Shown here: in pieces, positions 1 to 10,650 of the stretch
Numbering within the stretch: the first letter of the stretch is position 1
How the letters are laid out: the number at the start of each line of letters is the position of its first letter
Assembly: GCA_050331735.1 (NCBI GenBank)
Contig: JBHJGN010000077.1
Span: 1 to 64,000 of the forward strand
Source of the DNA: Cyanophyceae cyanobacterium
GTDB lineage: Bacteria; Cyanobacteriota; Cyanobacteriia; Cyanobacteriales; JBHJGN01
Reading direction: 5' to 3'
Length of the DNA stretch: 64,000 bases
Made by a program: the position numbers and the translations under genes
The notes under the pieces: generated by a model
The model's database searches: none
What the model was told of the DNA's origin: nothing
What the model saw: the letters and a program-made list of their open reading frames with translations, nothing else

Positions 1-108
1 CTGGGTTTCGAGGTGATGCACGAGCGCAATGCTCACAACTTCCCCTTAGACTTGGCTAGTGCTGAGGCCCAGACGGTTGCTCTGACGGCTCCCTCTATCA
101 ATGGCTAA
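1..108 (+). CDS. psbA: Photosystem II D1 protein, 3' end (partial)
   Basis: Frame 1 reads [35 protein letters not shown], the canonical D1 C-terminus with its processed extension. Confidence 0.98.
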   Translation: MGFEVMHERNAHNFPLDLASAEAQTVALTAPSING

Positions 109-135
109 TTCTTAGCTAGCTTTTTCTCTCACTTG

Positions 136-164
136 GCTCTCCCTTTACCGGGAGGGCTTTTTTT
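136..164 (+). terminator. Intrinsic terminator of psbA
   Basis: Stem GCTCTCCC / GGGAGGGC with a 6-nt loop, followed by a T7 run. Confidence 0.85.
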
Positions 165-250
165 GTGCTTGATTAGCTTCTGAGGCTGAATCACTGAATA
201 CAAAAGAGTTTGTCTATAAAAGAAGATAGATATAGTAAGTTAGCTATTAA

Positions 251-463
251 ATGATTGTGAACAAGTTACTAGCAGCAGGAGCGGCAATCTCTTTCTTCGC
301 TTCACCAGCAGCGGCTTTTAACAAGCAGCATGCAGAAAGGGAAATCAAGTCTGGGGAGCTGCTGGTGAGTCTTATCGATTCCGCTGGCTGGAGTAAAGAC
401 AAATTGGACAAAATGTCTAATTTGCCACCTTTCGGCAAACAACTGGTACTGTCAAAGCGATGA
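251..463 (+). CDS. Small hypothetical protein with signal-peptide-like N-terminus (possibly a remnant)
   Basis: 70 aa; NKLLAAGAAISFFASPAAA resembles a Sec signal with an AxA site; no recognisable domain. Confidence 0.35.
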   Translation: MIVNKLLAAGAAISFFASPAAAFNKQHAEREIKSGELLVSLIDSAGWSKDKLDKMSNLPPFGKQLVLSKR

Positions 464-503
464 TGCTTAACGGACTGGGCTTGGTCAGTGCCCCCATGTG
501 AGC

Positions 504-1304
504 TCAATCTAGATCGATGCCTAAAGCCTGTAGCCGCTCTCTCATGGCCTGCGATCGCAATCGTTCTTCTTCTAGAGCCGCCTGTACTGCATCGGCTCGC
601 TGCCTTTCCTGCTCAGCTCGCTGCCTTTCCTGCTCGGCTCGCTCTTCTCCAATCAGTAGCAAGTTGCCCTGGTTGTCCCACCAGCGCAGCCACGTTTGAG
701 TTTGATTTTGATAGCTTCCTTCCCACAAACCGAGTTCTACACCTAGAGGCAAAATAGCATAGTGACCCCGTTCGTTTGGTTCTAGCTGCTGATAAAAAAC
801 ATCAACTAAGTGATACACTTCTAGCTTTTGATTCTTAATCTCGAAGATTCCATAATAGGGAATTCGAAAAATCTGTTCATAGACCCAAAATTTGCCAGGA
901 CGAGTTCCTGGTTGGGCTGAAGCTAACGGCGTTCGATCTCGTTCTTCATCTCCATTGCCACTGGCAAACTCTAAGGCAATAAGGGGCGTTCTATGTTCTC
1001 GCCACAGCACGTAGGAGCGGCGAATTTCTCCATCCAGTTTGGGGGGGACGTGAGGAACATAAAACCAATCGGGAGCTTCTGCACCTTTTTCAGGCGGCTC
1101 GGTTTCCCGCCAGTAGATCCCGCAATCTTGCCCGATAGCGTACTGACCGTCGGGATGAAGTTGCTGTAAGACCGGACCGATTGAGTCAGTGAGAATTAAG
1201 CTTTGCGGATGTTCCTGAAAATTCTTCACAAAGGTACCATCAGACTCAGGCAATTGAGTGTGGTCGGGAAACGGTGGCGGTAGATCGATGGGGTAGATGG
1301 ACAT
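504..1304 (-). CDS. Uma2 (DUF820) family putative endonuclease
   Basis: PDHTQLPESDG, APDWFYVP and EFAS motifs; C-terminal RAEQERQ coiled-coil repeats ending LGID. Confidence 0.92.
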   Translation of the reverse strand: MSIYPIDLPPPFPDHTQLPESDGTFVKNFQEHPQSLILTDSIGPVLQQLHPDGQYAIGQDCGIYWRETEPPEKGAEAPDWFYVPHVPPKLDGEIRRSYVLWREHRTPLIALEFASGNGDEERDRTPLASAQPGTRPGKFWVYEQIFRIPYYGIFEIKNQKLEVYHLVDVFYQQLEPNERGHYAILPLGVELGLWEGSYQNQTQTWLRWWDNQGNLLLIGEERAEQERQRAEQERQRADAVQAALEEERLRSQAMRERLQALGIDLD

Positions 1305-1604
1305 ATAGCGATTGATAATTAAACGGGGTACAGCTTGACATCCTCGTTTTCTGTTAATGAATAATTGTTGATGGTTTCTTGTCTATGAGAAGATGTAATT
1401 GATCAATTCAAAAAACGCTTCAGTTAACAAAATTAGTAGCTTTTCAATACTATAACAATGGCTCAGCGTATAACAGTTGGAGGACACAAAGAACTTATTG
1501 TAGGAGTTAAGAGCTTGAAACCTATGAACAATTAACAATCGACAATCGACACGACTATAAAATCCGGCAAAATAAGGACAGATGTAATCTGAACAGCGAA
1601 GTAC

Positions 1605-1964
1605 ATGGCAGGAAAACTAACAACTCACGTTCTCGATACGGCTCAAGGCTGTCCAGCAGCACACATGGAAGTAAAGCTGTGGTCGATCGATCCTCAATTC
1701 GGCGATCGCATTCTCCTCAAAACAGCCCACACCAATATCGATGGACGCATCGACCCCCCACTACTAGCCGATGACACCTTCAAAGTTGGGGTGTATGAGC
1801 TAGAGTTTGCCGTCGGCAGTTACTTTGCGCAATCGAAGTTAGCCGCCTCTCCTCCGTTTCTTGGTCGCGTCCCGATTCAGTTTGGAGTCGCCGATGCTGA
1901 TGCTCATTACCACGTGCCGCTCCTCGTATCGCCCTGGTCTTACAGTACCTATCGCGGCAGCTAA
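1605..1964 (+). CDS. uraH: 5-hydroxyisourate hydrolase (transthyretin-like)
   Basis: LTTHVLD N-terminus, HYHVPLL, and C-terminal YSTYRGS signature. Confidence 0.96.
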   Translation: MAGKLTTHVLDTAQGCPAAHMEVKLWSIDPQFGDRILLKTAHTNIDGRIDPPLLADDTFKVGVYELEFAVGSYFAQSKLAASPPFLGRVPIQFGVADADAHYHVPLLVSPWSYSTYRGS

Positions 1965-2014
1965 GTAGATGGGTGACACTAATGACTGGCACTATTCGAT
2001 GTCCCTGACGCTTG

Positions 2015-2086
2015 CGTCTGCTCAAGCTGAACGGACTATTTGCTCAGCTCTATCGCCCGCAACAGCGCCCCTACGCTGAGACTTAG
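2015..2086 (+). pseudogene. Possible 3' remnant of an ABC exporter gene
   Basis: Reads RLLKLNGLFAQLYRPQ..*, resembling the ELL..NGxYAxLYxxQ tail of MsbA-type ABC proteins; nothing upstream supports it. Confidence 0.35.
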
Positions 2087-2169
2087 AAAACGTGTCGCTG
2101 TTCTCCCGCTTGTCTTTCCCTGACCAATTGGTAGCCAACAAACCTTAGCCCGACATCAATTTATCCCTG

Positions 2170-4742
2170 ATGTCTATTTCAGTTCATGACACCCAACGAC
2201 TTATGAAGGTATCTATTGTCATCCCAGCTCATAATTCAGCAGCAACCCTTGAGGAGACGCTCAGCTCCGTTCGCGCTCAAACGTTTGCCGAGTGGGAAGC
2301 GATTATCGTAAACGACGGCTCTTTTGACCAGACCGAAACCGTAGCTCAATGCCTTGCCGACGAAGACTCCCGCATTCAAGTTGTTAGGCAACCCCAGGGG
2401 GGCGTATCAGCCGCCAGAAATACGGGCATTGTCCGTGCTCAGCACGATTGGCTGCTATTCTTAGATGCCGATGATTGGCTGGCCCCTGCCCACCTAGAAG
2501 GTTAATCACTGCTCTCAAAAAAGACCCGACGTTAGATGTTGTGTATAACGGCTGGGTCTGCGTAACCCCAGACGGTAATCTAACCCGCAAAGCCTTTCTC
2601 GAGCAGCCCAGCCAAGTTTTCTTTGAGTTTGCTCGCAATTGCGTACTCGCGATTCATGCCTGTTTAGTTCATCGCTCGGTTGTCGTAGCGCTAGGAGGGT
2701 TTGATACTTCTTTGCAAACCTGCGAAGACTGGGATTTGTGGCAGCGGATTGCTCGCACCGGGGCTCGCTTTAGCTCTATTCCTGATGCTCTGGCCTACTA
2801 CCGAATTCGTCCTGGGTCCGCTTCTATGAATGCGCTCCAGGTCTTTAAAGATGCCGTTCGCGTGATGACCCTTGGTTACTCTGCCGACCCTCGCGTTCCC
2901 AATCCAGCCCCAGAATATGCCAGCGGGCTAGCCGAAAAATCTGAACTGACCGACTCGATTCTGACGCATCTTGCCTGGACGGCTGGCCTCTGTATCAATG
3001 AAGATCAAGACCCCCTGATTTTGTTTGAGGCCGTGCCGCCTCATCCCTATCCGGGAATTGACCCCGATACTGTAGCCCGCTTACTGTTCGGAGCCCTCGT
3101 TCCCAACAGCCTCTCTGTTGAACCTTGGGACGAAATTTGGCCTCGCTGGGATGGAGATTTAGTGGAGGCAGCGACGCTAGCAGGCGAACCGGTTTGCCAT
3201 GCCAACGCCAACCAGCCGCCTCAGCAGGTGCTCTACGCTCCAGAACTGATTGCTCAAGTCAGTCAGCCGACGAAACCGAAACCGAGCCAGCCGCTAGCTT
3301 CTCCTCGCAACGCCGCCAAGATTTTTGGGAGGGACTACTTTGAAACTCTCTTTGCCAACCAGGCTGACCCGTGGAAGTACACAGAACCCTACGAGGAAGT
3401 TAAATATCAACAAACCCTTGAGCTATTGCCCCCCACTCCCATCGAACATGCCCTCGAACTGGCCTGTGCCGAAGGTCATTCTACGGCAAAATTAGCGCCT
3501 CGCGTCGGTCATCTGACGGCGACGGATATCTCCCAAATTGCTATCGAGCACGCTCAGGAAAGGTGCCAAAACTGCGACAATATTCGCTTTCTCACTATAG
3601 ACCTGACTAAAGAAGAGCTGCCGGGGCAGTTTGATTTAATTGTGTGTAGCGAAGTCCTCTATTACCTGGAGGATCGAGAGGCGCTGCGCTACTTTGCCCG
3701 CCGCATTGCTGAGGCTCTTAGACCGGGGGGCTACTTCCTAAACGCCCATGCCAATCTGGTCGTCGATGACCCCAAGAGTACTGGCTTCAACTGGGATCAT
3801 CCTTTCGGGGCTAAAGTGATTAATGAGAAGTTCGCCCGTATCCGAGCTCTGCGGCCAGTTAAGGAGATTCGTACCCCCCTTTATCGAATTGGGCTGTTTC
3901 AACGGCCCTCCGATTTAGAGAGACTGGGGGCGCTAGAGGTCATCGAAATGCCGCAGCCAACGCCCCCACCAAACATATCCGCCAGAGATATCTTGTGGGA
4001 GGGCGGCTCTCTGGTGCGGGATGATTCTGACCAGGTGACGACCGATCATCTGCCGATTTTGATGTATCACCGAGTTCAGCCTCATCGATGCGATTCTGAC
4101 CTAGATTACTGTAGCGTCTCGCCAGATGCTTTTGAAGAACAGCTACGCTACTTACGCGATGCTGGCTATTACAGCATTCGGCTAGAGAACTGGCTCCAGG
4201 CTAAGATTAATAATCGCCCTCTCCCGGGTCGAGCCATTACCTTGACGTTCGACGACGGCTACGTTGACTTTATGACCTATGCATGGCCGTTACTTAACCA
4301 GTACGGCTTCGGGGCGACAATGTTTTTAGTCACCGAGCAGATTGGTGGATTCAATGTTTGGGATCGGTCCTATGAGGAACAAGTCCCGCTGATGGGCTGG
4401 TCCGACATTCTCAAGCTTCAGGAGGAAGGCGTAGAATTTGGCTCCCATTCCGTCAGCCATCCGTTTTTGACAGCGCTTTCTCCCGAGGAGGTCGTTCGCG
4501 AAGCGGTGTGATCGCGCGCTATCCTCACTCGCAAACTTGCTCAGCCTCCAGTGGCGTTTGCCTATCCCTATGGCGATGTCGATCCGGTGGTACAGCACTT
4601 GATTGGAGCTTGCGGCTATACCTTTGGTTTAACCTGTTTCCCAGGTTTATGTACCTTCAAAGATACACCGCTAGCGCTGCCTCGCCAGGAAATCGTCGAC
4701 ACGGACGAGCTGGCGGACTTCGTGACCAAACTTTCTTGGTAG
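2170..4742 (+). pseudogene. Disrupted GT2 glycosyltransferase / SAM methyltransferase (NodS-like) / polysaccharide deacetylase fusion
   Basis: GT2 N-part (VSIVIPAHN, FLDADD) is frameshifted near 2500 (GAAGGTTAA). An in-frame TGA at 4509-4511 splits the NodB domain (TFDDG, HSVSH, then FAYPYG in the same frame). Methyltransferase motif LELACAEG is present. Confidence 0.85.
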
Positions 4743-4753
4743 AAGTCACGCTC

Positions 4754-5932
4754 TCAGTAGGTTTGCATCACCGGATTTGAGATCAAGTGTTTGTCTGAGC
4801 AGCGATGGGTAGCAGATGACCGGATTAACCGAGCGGCCCAGGAGGACAGAAAAAACAGGGCCTGTCCGGCCAGTGCCGCGACAGCGGGATTAACAAAGTG
4901 AAAGTTCCAGGTATTATCGTTGAGCTGTTTAGCCCCGATTGCATAGTAAACTACGCCAGCAAGAAACCACCAGTGAAATAGCCAGGGGGCTCTAGGAAGG
5001 TCTAGCCGCTGCTGCCAGGTGGCGCTATTGGTTTGGCTAGGAGGCAGGATTAGACCCAACAGAAGTAGTGCGATGGTTGGTCCACTCCACAGCAGATAGT
5101 AAGCATTCTTGGCAAAGTCGCCCAGGAAGTATCCTTGGCTCAGCCACTCTTGAAGGCCATCGTCCCAGAGCCAGTTCCCGGCTCCCGCAAAGTGATAGGG
5201 GGGATAATTCATCGCTAAATGTCTAGCCCAGAGGTAGTAAGCCACGACTGGAAGCAGCACCAGTCCGGCGGTGATGCCAATCGGAATCAGCCGCTTAGCG
5301 GTGAGCTGCTGTTTGCGGTGCAGAATCGCAAAGAGGGCATAGAGCATCGGAATCCCGATCGCTAAGCCAGGAAGCTTGGTCAATACCCCCCACGTACACA
5401 CCAGAGCAGCCAATACCAGGTAGCGCCAGCGATCGCTTTGCAGATAAACCACGAACAGCCAGAGATTGGTGGTGACGAGGGAAACCATCGCCGGGTCGGG
5501 CAGAAACGAGCGCTCGATGAAGATTCCACCCGGGAGTAAGGCCATTACCGCAGCGCTGGCTAAGGCTCGTTCTACGTCCCAGACGCGGCGAGCGAGCTGG
5601 TAGAGGGCAAAAATTCCCCAGACTCCAAACACGGCAGCCACAGAGCGTCCGACCCAGTCGTGTTGACCGACAACGGTGTACAGAAGAGCCGCGAGATAGC
5701 TAACGGTTTGGAATTCGCGTCCGTTATAGCTTGGTCCCGGTCCATCCCAGCTAATCTCTGGGTAAAAGATATTCCAGCTATGGCGATAGAAATTATCCGC
5801 CATCATCGCCGTGCTGGTTTGCCGCCAGCTAAAGACATCAACGAAGGGCTGATCGATGCGGTAAAATCTCAGCGCGGCGGCTAAGGCGAGAATGGCGAGC
5901 AAAAGATAGGGGGTGGAAGACTTAAATTTCAT
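4754..5932 (-). CDS. ArnT/PMT-like (GT-C) membrane glycosyltransferase, probably C-terminally truncated
   Basis: WRQTSTAM and EFQTVSY motifs with many TM segments; start at MKFK (ATGA overlap with wzt, GAGGAG RBS); tail turns non-conserved next to the convergent pseudogene. Confidence 0.75.
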   Translation of the reverse strand: MKFKSSTPYLLLAILALAAALRFYRIDQPFVDVFSWRQTSTAMMADNFYRHSWNIFYPEISWDGPGPSYNGREFQTVSYLAALLYTVVGQHDWVGRSVAAVFGVWGIFALYQLARRVWDVERALASAAVMALLPGGIFIERSFLPDPAMVSLVTTNLWLFVVYLQSDRWRYLVLAALVCTWGVLTKLPGLAIGIPMLYALFAILHRKQQLTAKRLIPIGITAGLVLLPVVAYYLWARHLAMNYPPYHFAGAGNWLWDDGLQEWLSQGYFLGDFAKNAYYLLWSGPTIALLLLGLILPPSQTNSATWQQRLDLPRAPWLFHWWFLAGVVYYAIGAKQLNDNTWNFHFVNPAVAALAGQALFFLSSWAARLIRSSATHRCSDKHLISNPVMQTY

Positions 5933-7170
5933 CGACTCCTCTCGTGTCCGTGCAATACGTTGTTCATCCGCCACCGCAGCGGCGGACTCAACACTCCTTG
6001 AGCAGATGCTGGTGAGTTAACCTGCAACGAGTACACGTGCCAGTGGTAGTCGTAGGCATAAGCCCAATCAGTGCGGTACACTCCCACATCTACAAAGTAT
6101 TGTCCGCCGTTTAGGTCTAGGCGCTCGAGGTGAAGCTGGAGCTGTCCAGTCTCTTGGAGGGGTGGAAGCGGTGTTTCCTCTGTATGGGTGTCAAAGCAAA
6201 CCTGAGCGTCTGCACGGCTGATCGAGACGCTGAACCTTGCTGATTCGACTCGTTGAGCCGTTCGGTACTCAATTTCGATGCTCAGCGGAGCCCCGCTTGG
6301 CATGGCTGAAGGCAGCAGCCGCACATCCGTAATTTCGACTTCTAACGAGCCGAAGCGGTTATCGTTGACGCGTAGTTCTACCCCAGAGCGAGTGAGCTGA
6401 GGTGGTCGGTTGGGGGTACGCTGTTGGGTTTGCGATCGCATTTCGCTCGCGTACTGCCCCACCACTACCCGCGGTTCCCCCGAGGCGACGACCTGTCCCT
6501 GCTTGAGCCACAGAGCACGATCGCATAGCTTCTCGATTTGCCCGGTGTCGTGAGAAATCAAGACAATCGCACAGCCTTGTTCTTTGAGTTGGGAAATTCT
6601 GTCTAAGCACTTTGCCTGGAACGACAAATCTCCCACTGATAGAAACTCATCCACTAATAGGACATCAGGTTCGGTGTGGACAGCAACCGAGAAAGCCAAC
6701 CTCATCTGCATCCCGGTGCTATAAGTCCGCACTGGGTTATCAATAAACTGCTCTAATTCGGCAAACTCAACAATTGCTTCAAAGCGTCGCGCGACCTCTC
6801 GACGGTCCAACCCGGAAACGATAGCTGTCACAAACAGGTTTTCTCGTCCTGTCAGGTCGGGGTGAAAGCCAGCTCCCAAATCTAGCAGTGCTCCGATCCG
6901 TCCGCGAACCCTCACTCTCCCTACATCAGGACGACCAACGCCACCGATAAGCTGGAGTAGGGTGGATTTACCAGCTCCGTTGTGACCGATAATTCCTAGC
7001 ATTTCGCCCGGAAAAACAGTCAAGCTAACATCGCGCAATGCCCAAAAACGTTCAACTGGTCTTAAGCGCTGAAACCCTGATAGAACTGTCTCCATAATCG
7101 TGCGCGGTTGCTCTGTCTGATAGCGGTTAAAGCGCTTGCCTAGTCCCTGGACAACAATAGCTTCGCGCAT
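5929..7170 (-). CDS. wzt: Wzt-type polysaccharide ABC transporter ATPase with C-terminal Wzt_C domain
   Basis: Walker A GHNGAGKS, YSTGMQMRLAF signature and Walker B LLVDE; start taken at MREAIV. Confidence 0.92.
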   Translation of the reverse strand: MREAIVVQGLGKRFNRYQTEQPRTIMETVLSGFQRLRPVERFWALRDVSLTVFPGEMLGIIGHNGAGKSTLLQLIGGVGRPDVGRVRVRGRIGALLDLGAGFHPDLTGRENLFVTAIVSGLDRREVARRFEAIVEFAELEQFIDNPVRTYSTGMQMRLAFSVAVHTEPDVLLVDEFLSVGDLSFQAKCLDRISQLKEQGCAIVLISHDTGQIEKLCDRALWLKQGQVVASGEPRVVVGQYASEMRSQTQQRTPNRPPQLTRSGVELRVNDNRFGSLEVEITDVRLLPSAMPSGAPLSIEIEYRTAQRVESARFSVSISRADAQVCFDTHTEETPLPPLQETGQLQLHLERLDLNGGQYFVDVGVYRTDWAYAYDYHWHVYSLQVNSPASAQGVLSPPLRWRMNNVLHGHERSR

Positions 7171-7171
7171 T

Positions 7172-7954
7172 CTACAGTTCCTCCACAAAGCGATCGCTCT
7201 GTTGCCGAAAAATATGCAGACCAACCGGAAGAAAGAGAGCGGTGAACCCGCTAATGATGAGCAGCGGCAGCCACTGGGGTTGGGTGCCACCGAGCAGAAC
7301 ATCTCGATAAGCGGTGACGATATGGACCATTGGGTTGAGAAAATAGAGAGACTGGTAGCCGCTGGGGACGTTACTGACGGCATAGAAAATGGGGGTGAGA
7401 TAGAAAAATAGCTGTAGGAGTACCCCTAGAGTGTGCTGCGTATCGCGGAAGGTGACATTTAAAGCGGCCAGGATATAGGCGAGACTAACGGTAAAGGCGA
7501 ATTGCAGGGCTTGCAGAATGGGCAGCAACAAGACCGTTGGCTTGAGGGGAATGCCGTCAATCAGTAAGAAGACGATTAAAACGGGAAGTGCGAGCAGAAA
7601 GTGAATTAACCCGGTCGTGGTAATGACGATTGGCAAAATTTCGTTGGGAAACCCAGGCTGGCGAATCAAAGGGCGATTGGCAATAATCACTCCAGTAGCC
7701 TGAAAGAGTGAGTTTTGAAACCAAGTCCAGACTAGCAACCCCGTAAAGACAAAGGACGCGTATTGTGGAATTTCTACCTTCAGCACCAACTGGAAGACAA
7801 ACGCAAACACGGCCAACTGCAACAGCGGATTAATCAAAGTCCAGGCAACGCCAAGAACGGAGCGCTTATACAGCAGCTTCATGTCGCGGGCAACTAGTTC
7901 CCGCAGCAGATCGGTTAGATAGGGAAAACGCCACCGAGAGCGAGTGTGAACCAT
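7172..7954 (-). CDS. wzm: Wzm-type ABC-2 permease
   Basis: RDMKLLYKRSVLGVAWTLINPL and FYLTPIFY..NPM motifs. Confidence 0.92.
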   Translation of the reverse strand: MVHTRSRWRFPYLTDLLRELVARDMKLLYKRSVLGVAWTLINPLLQLAVFAFVFQLVLKVEIPQYASFVFTGLLVWTWFQNSLFQATGVIIANRPLIRQPGFPNEILPIVITTTGLIHFLLALPVLIVFLLIDGIPLKPTVLLLPILQALQFAFTVSLAYILAALNVTFRDTQHTLGVLLQLFFYLTPIFYAVSNVPSGYQSLYFLNPMVHIVTAYRDVLLGGTQPQWLPLLIISGFTALFLPVGLHIFRQQSDRFVEEL

Positions 7955-7967
7955 AGAGAATTCTGAA

Positions 7968-10631
7968 CTAGTTGCTAGTTGCTAGATGGTCAACAGTCTG
8001 GCGAGCTTGACTTTCCTCTCCGGAGCGTTCCGCCACTGGAAGATAGGGGCGGCTCCGTCCTTCCCGTTTGACTCGTTGATAGGACTGCCACAGCGACCAA
8101 GGACCAGCCAAATTCCCGGTTATTTCTAGCCCCACCAGTGAGAGAGGATAGGTGCTCTGCCCCAGCAAGCGGTTTTTGATTTGCTCGGCATGGTAGATGG
8201 GCAACGCGACTAAAATCTGCACCAGTCCACGCCAGTCACCATCCAGAAGCCAAGTTGTTAGGTTATAGGAAACGTGTCCTTTGCTGTAGCCGTAGATCTG
8301 GCGGCGGAGGGATTCAAGTTGGCGACGGTGTTTGTGCCACACATAGGCCCGTGGCTCATAGATAAGCGTGTAGCCAGCTTTGAGCACCTTGTAAAACAAA
8401 TAGGTATCTTCGCCAACCCCAGACGGCATCCCCGGACCGAGGGTTTCTTCCATCAAACCAATCTGGGGATGATGCAGCATACTAGCCCGAAAAGCGGCGT
8501 TAGCGGTCGCTCCTAAGCTCCAGGTTGGGATTGCTATTCGGGGGGAAGATTCGAGCCACTCTCCGTCTACTTCTTTCGGGTCAAAGCCACGCCCCAAACC
8601 GCCGTAGGTCTCGAAGAACTGCTGGGGAGAGGTTTCCAACTCAATCGGCAAGACGTGTCCGGTGACTACCATGACGTCTGGTCTGGCAAAGGGAGCGAGT
8701 AACTTTTCTAGCCAGTCGGGAGGCACCGTTACATCATCGTCAGTGGCAACGACAATATCGCCTGTACTGGCCACAAAGCCAGCATTTCGGGCATAGGCGA
8801 GTCCCTGACGTTCTTCGCTCACTAGCTTGACACCGGGAAATTCGGCGACCACGGGTGGCGTTAAGCCGGAGGCTGGATGGTTATCCACCACAATAATTTC
8901 CACCGGGCGAGAGGTGATTTGGGCCATCAGACAGCGCAGACAGTTCCGCAAATCGTCCGGTCGATCGAAGGTTGCTAAGTTAATCGTGATAGCAACGGGG
9001 TCAGGCAGTCGAGACGATGTCGCTGCTTGAGACTGAACGGAGAGTCGGTTTTGCAGCGCAGTCTGAGCCTGGGACCAACAAACAGCGGTGCTGAGGTCGC
9101 TATCCCGATAGAGTAATTGTGGGGCTACTGCGTTGACAAGCGCTTCCCGCAGACGGGCCGCGCTCACGGGTTGATATTGATGAACAATATCGGCACTTCC
9201 GAGAGGCTCGTCATTGCAAGTGATAAAAATTCTGACCTGGAGAGAGTCTGTTACGTCGGTTAGGGGGTGTATCGGCTGATTTAGCTCAACTCGGCGGACA
9301 GCCATCCCACTAGAACCACCTTCAGCGGGGCTTTGAGCGGAGACTGACGTGCCTGGTTCGACCGGAGTCAGAAGACCAAAGGTTGTCGCAATGTGAGCCG
9401 CGTTGCGGCGGGCTTTGGGATAGCGTGTTAGCCCGATGAAGACACCTTTTAATTCAGCAACGACTAAATCCCGTGGCAGTTGAGTGGGATGCTTGAGGGT
9501 GATCCACAGGCGGCGGAGATGCCAATACAGCAGCCACCACAGCCCTATTTTGACAAAGGACAGGCGCTCCTCCCGGTAGGCTAAAGCTCCGCAGACGAAG
9601 TAAGCATACAGGCCAATCCCGTTGTTGGTAATCTGCGATCGCAGCCGAGTATACTCCCGTCGGTGGCGGTGGCGGATCACGGCCCTTGGTTCGTAAACGA
9701 GGGTATGCCCTCCTTTAAGAACTCGCAGGAACATCTCTAAATCTCCGCAGCCGTTGGTAACGGTGCCAACATCTAGAGCCGGGTCAAAGACTCCAATCTC
9801 AGTAAAGACGCAGCGACGGTAAGCCATATTCGCCCCCGTCCCGAACTGTCCAGTCCCCAAGAGCTGCCAGGGCATCTGGCCTCGACCCACTCGATACCAC
9901 TGCCGTTCAAAGCCGCGCCCAAAGCCGCCATACTTTTCAAAGAGAACCTGCGCTTCGGTTTCTAGCTCGTAGGGCACAACCAGCCCGGTGACGGCCATTA
10001 CTTCAGGATTTTCGGCAAAAATCTGAGCAAGCGCCTTGACCCAGCCAGGATCGACTACGACATCATCATCGGTGTAGGCAATGATGTCGCCTTTAGCCTC
10101 TAGGATGGCGCGATTTCTGGCCCAGTTCAAACCCGGACGCGGTTCGCAAACGTAGCGCACTGCGGGGAAATTCGGCACCAGCTTCTTCGTAGCGTCGTTC
10201 GTTGGGGCGTTATCGACAACCAGGATGTCGAGATGCGGGTAATCTAATTGCTCTAGAGACTCCAAGCAGAGGGCCAAGTCTGAAGAGCGATCGCGAGTAC
10301 AAACGGCAACGGTTACCAGCGGATAGTCCTCGGTGTATTCAGGAGGCGGAACCGTCCATAGATTCTCCAGGCGCAGTTCTTCCGGCTTGAGTGCTGCCCC
10401 CAAACCGTTTTCCAAAAGTTGCTTAATAATGGTCCAGCTATGCTCGGCAAGAATCAGCTTTTTTAAAGTAGTGGCGAGGCAGCAACCATTCACAATGGGA
10501 GCTTTAACAGTGCCGACCGGAACGTTGTGGAGACGAACGAGACCCTGTACACCCATATATCCGTCTAGATTCTCAATCGTCACCAGCGGACGGCTCAGTT
10601 CAATATCAACAATTTTGAGCGGATAAAGCAT
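7968..10631 (-). CDS. Tandem GT2 glycosyltransferase (two GT-A domains)
   Basis: Two repeats of VVDN...GL..ARN...TDDDV. Confidence 0.9.
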   Translation of the reverse strand: MLYPLKIVDIELSRPLVTIENLDGYMGVQGLVRLHNVPVGTVKAPIVNGCCLATTLKKLILAEHSWTIIKQLLENGLGAALKPEELRLENLWTVPPPEYTEDYPLVTVAVCTRDRSSDLALCLESLEQLDYPHLDILVVDNAPTNDATKKLVPNFPAVRYVCEPRPGLNWARNRAILEAKGDIIAYTDDDVVVDPGWVKALAQIFAENPEVMAVTGLVVPYELETEAQVLFEKYGGFGRGFERQWYRVGRGQMPWQLLGTGQFGTGANMAYRRCVFTEIGVFDPALDVGTVTNGCGDLEMFLRVLKGGHTLVYEPRAVIRHRHRREYTRLRSQITNNGIGLYAYFVCGALAYREERLSFVKIGLWWLLYWHLRRLWITLKHPTQLPRDLVVAELKGVFIGLTRYPKARRNAAHIATTFGLLTPVEPGTSVSAQSPAEGGSSGMAVRRVELNQPIHPLTDVTDSLQVRIFITCNDEPLGSADIVHQYQPVSAARLREALVNAVAPQLLYRDSDLSTAVCWSQAQTALQNRLSVQSQAATSSRLPDPVAITINLATFDRPDDLRNCLRCLMAQITSRPVEIIVVDNHPASGLTPPVVAEFPGVKLVSEERQGLAYARNAGFVASTGDIVVATDDDVTVPPDWLEKLLAPFARPDVMVVTGHVLPIELETSPQQFFETYGGLGRGFDPKEVDGEWLESSPRIAIPTWSLGATANAAFRASMLHHPQIGLMEETLGPGMPSGVGEDTYLFYKVLKAGYTLIYEPRAYVWHKHRRQLESLRRQIYGYSKGHVSYNLTTWLLDGDWRGLVQILVALPIYHAEQIKNRLLGQSTYPLSLVGLEITGNLAGPWSLWQSYQRVKREGRSRPYLPVAERSGEESQARQTVDHLATSN

Positions 10632-10650
10632 CGGAATAACCTTTCTAGAT

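Noticed and set aside
1..108. Atypical (rogue or far-red) D1 variant
   Set aside because: The visible C-terminus is canonical and the diagnostic residues lie outside the window
1436..1450. NtcA box upstream of uraH
   Set aside because: The GTA...TAC spacer is 9 nt rather than 8; the candidate upstream of hpxO has the same problem
2495..2510. Programmed ribosomal frameshift in the GT2 gene
   Set aside because: There is no slippery heptamer, and a second lesion in the same gene favours decay or sequencing error
4050..4742. Deacetylase domain as the missing PuuE allantoinase
   Set aside because: It has NodB-type TFDDG and HxxxH motifs, is fused to GT2/methyltransferase domains and is interrupted by a stop
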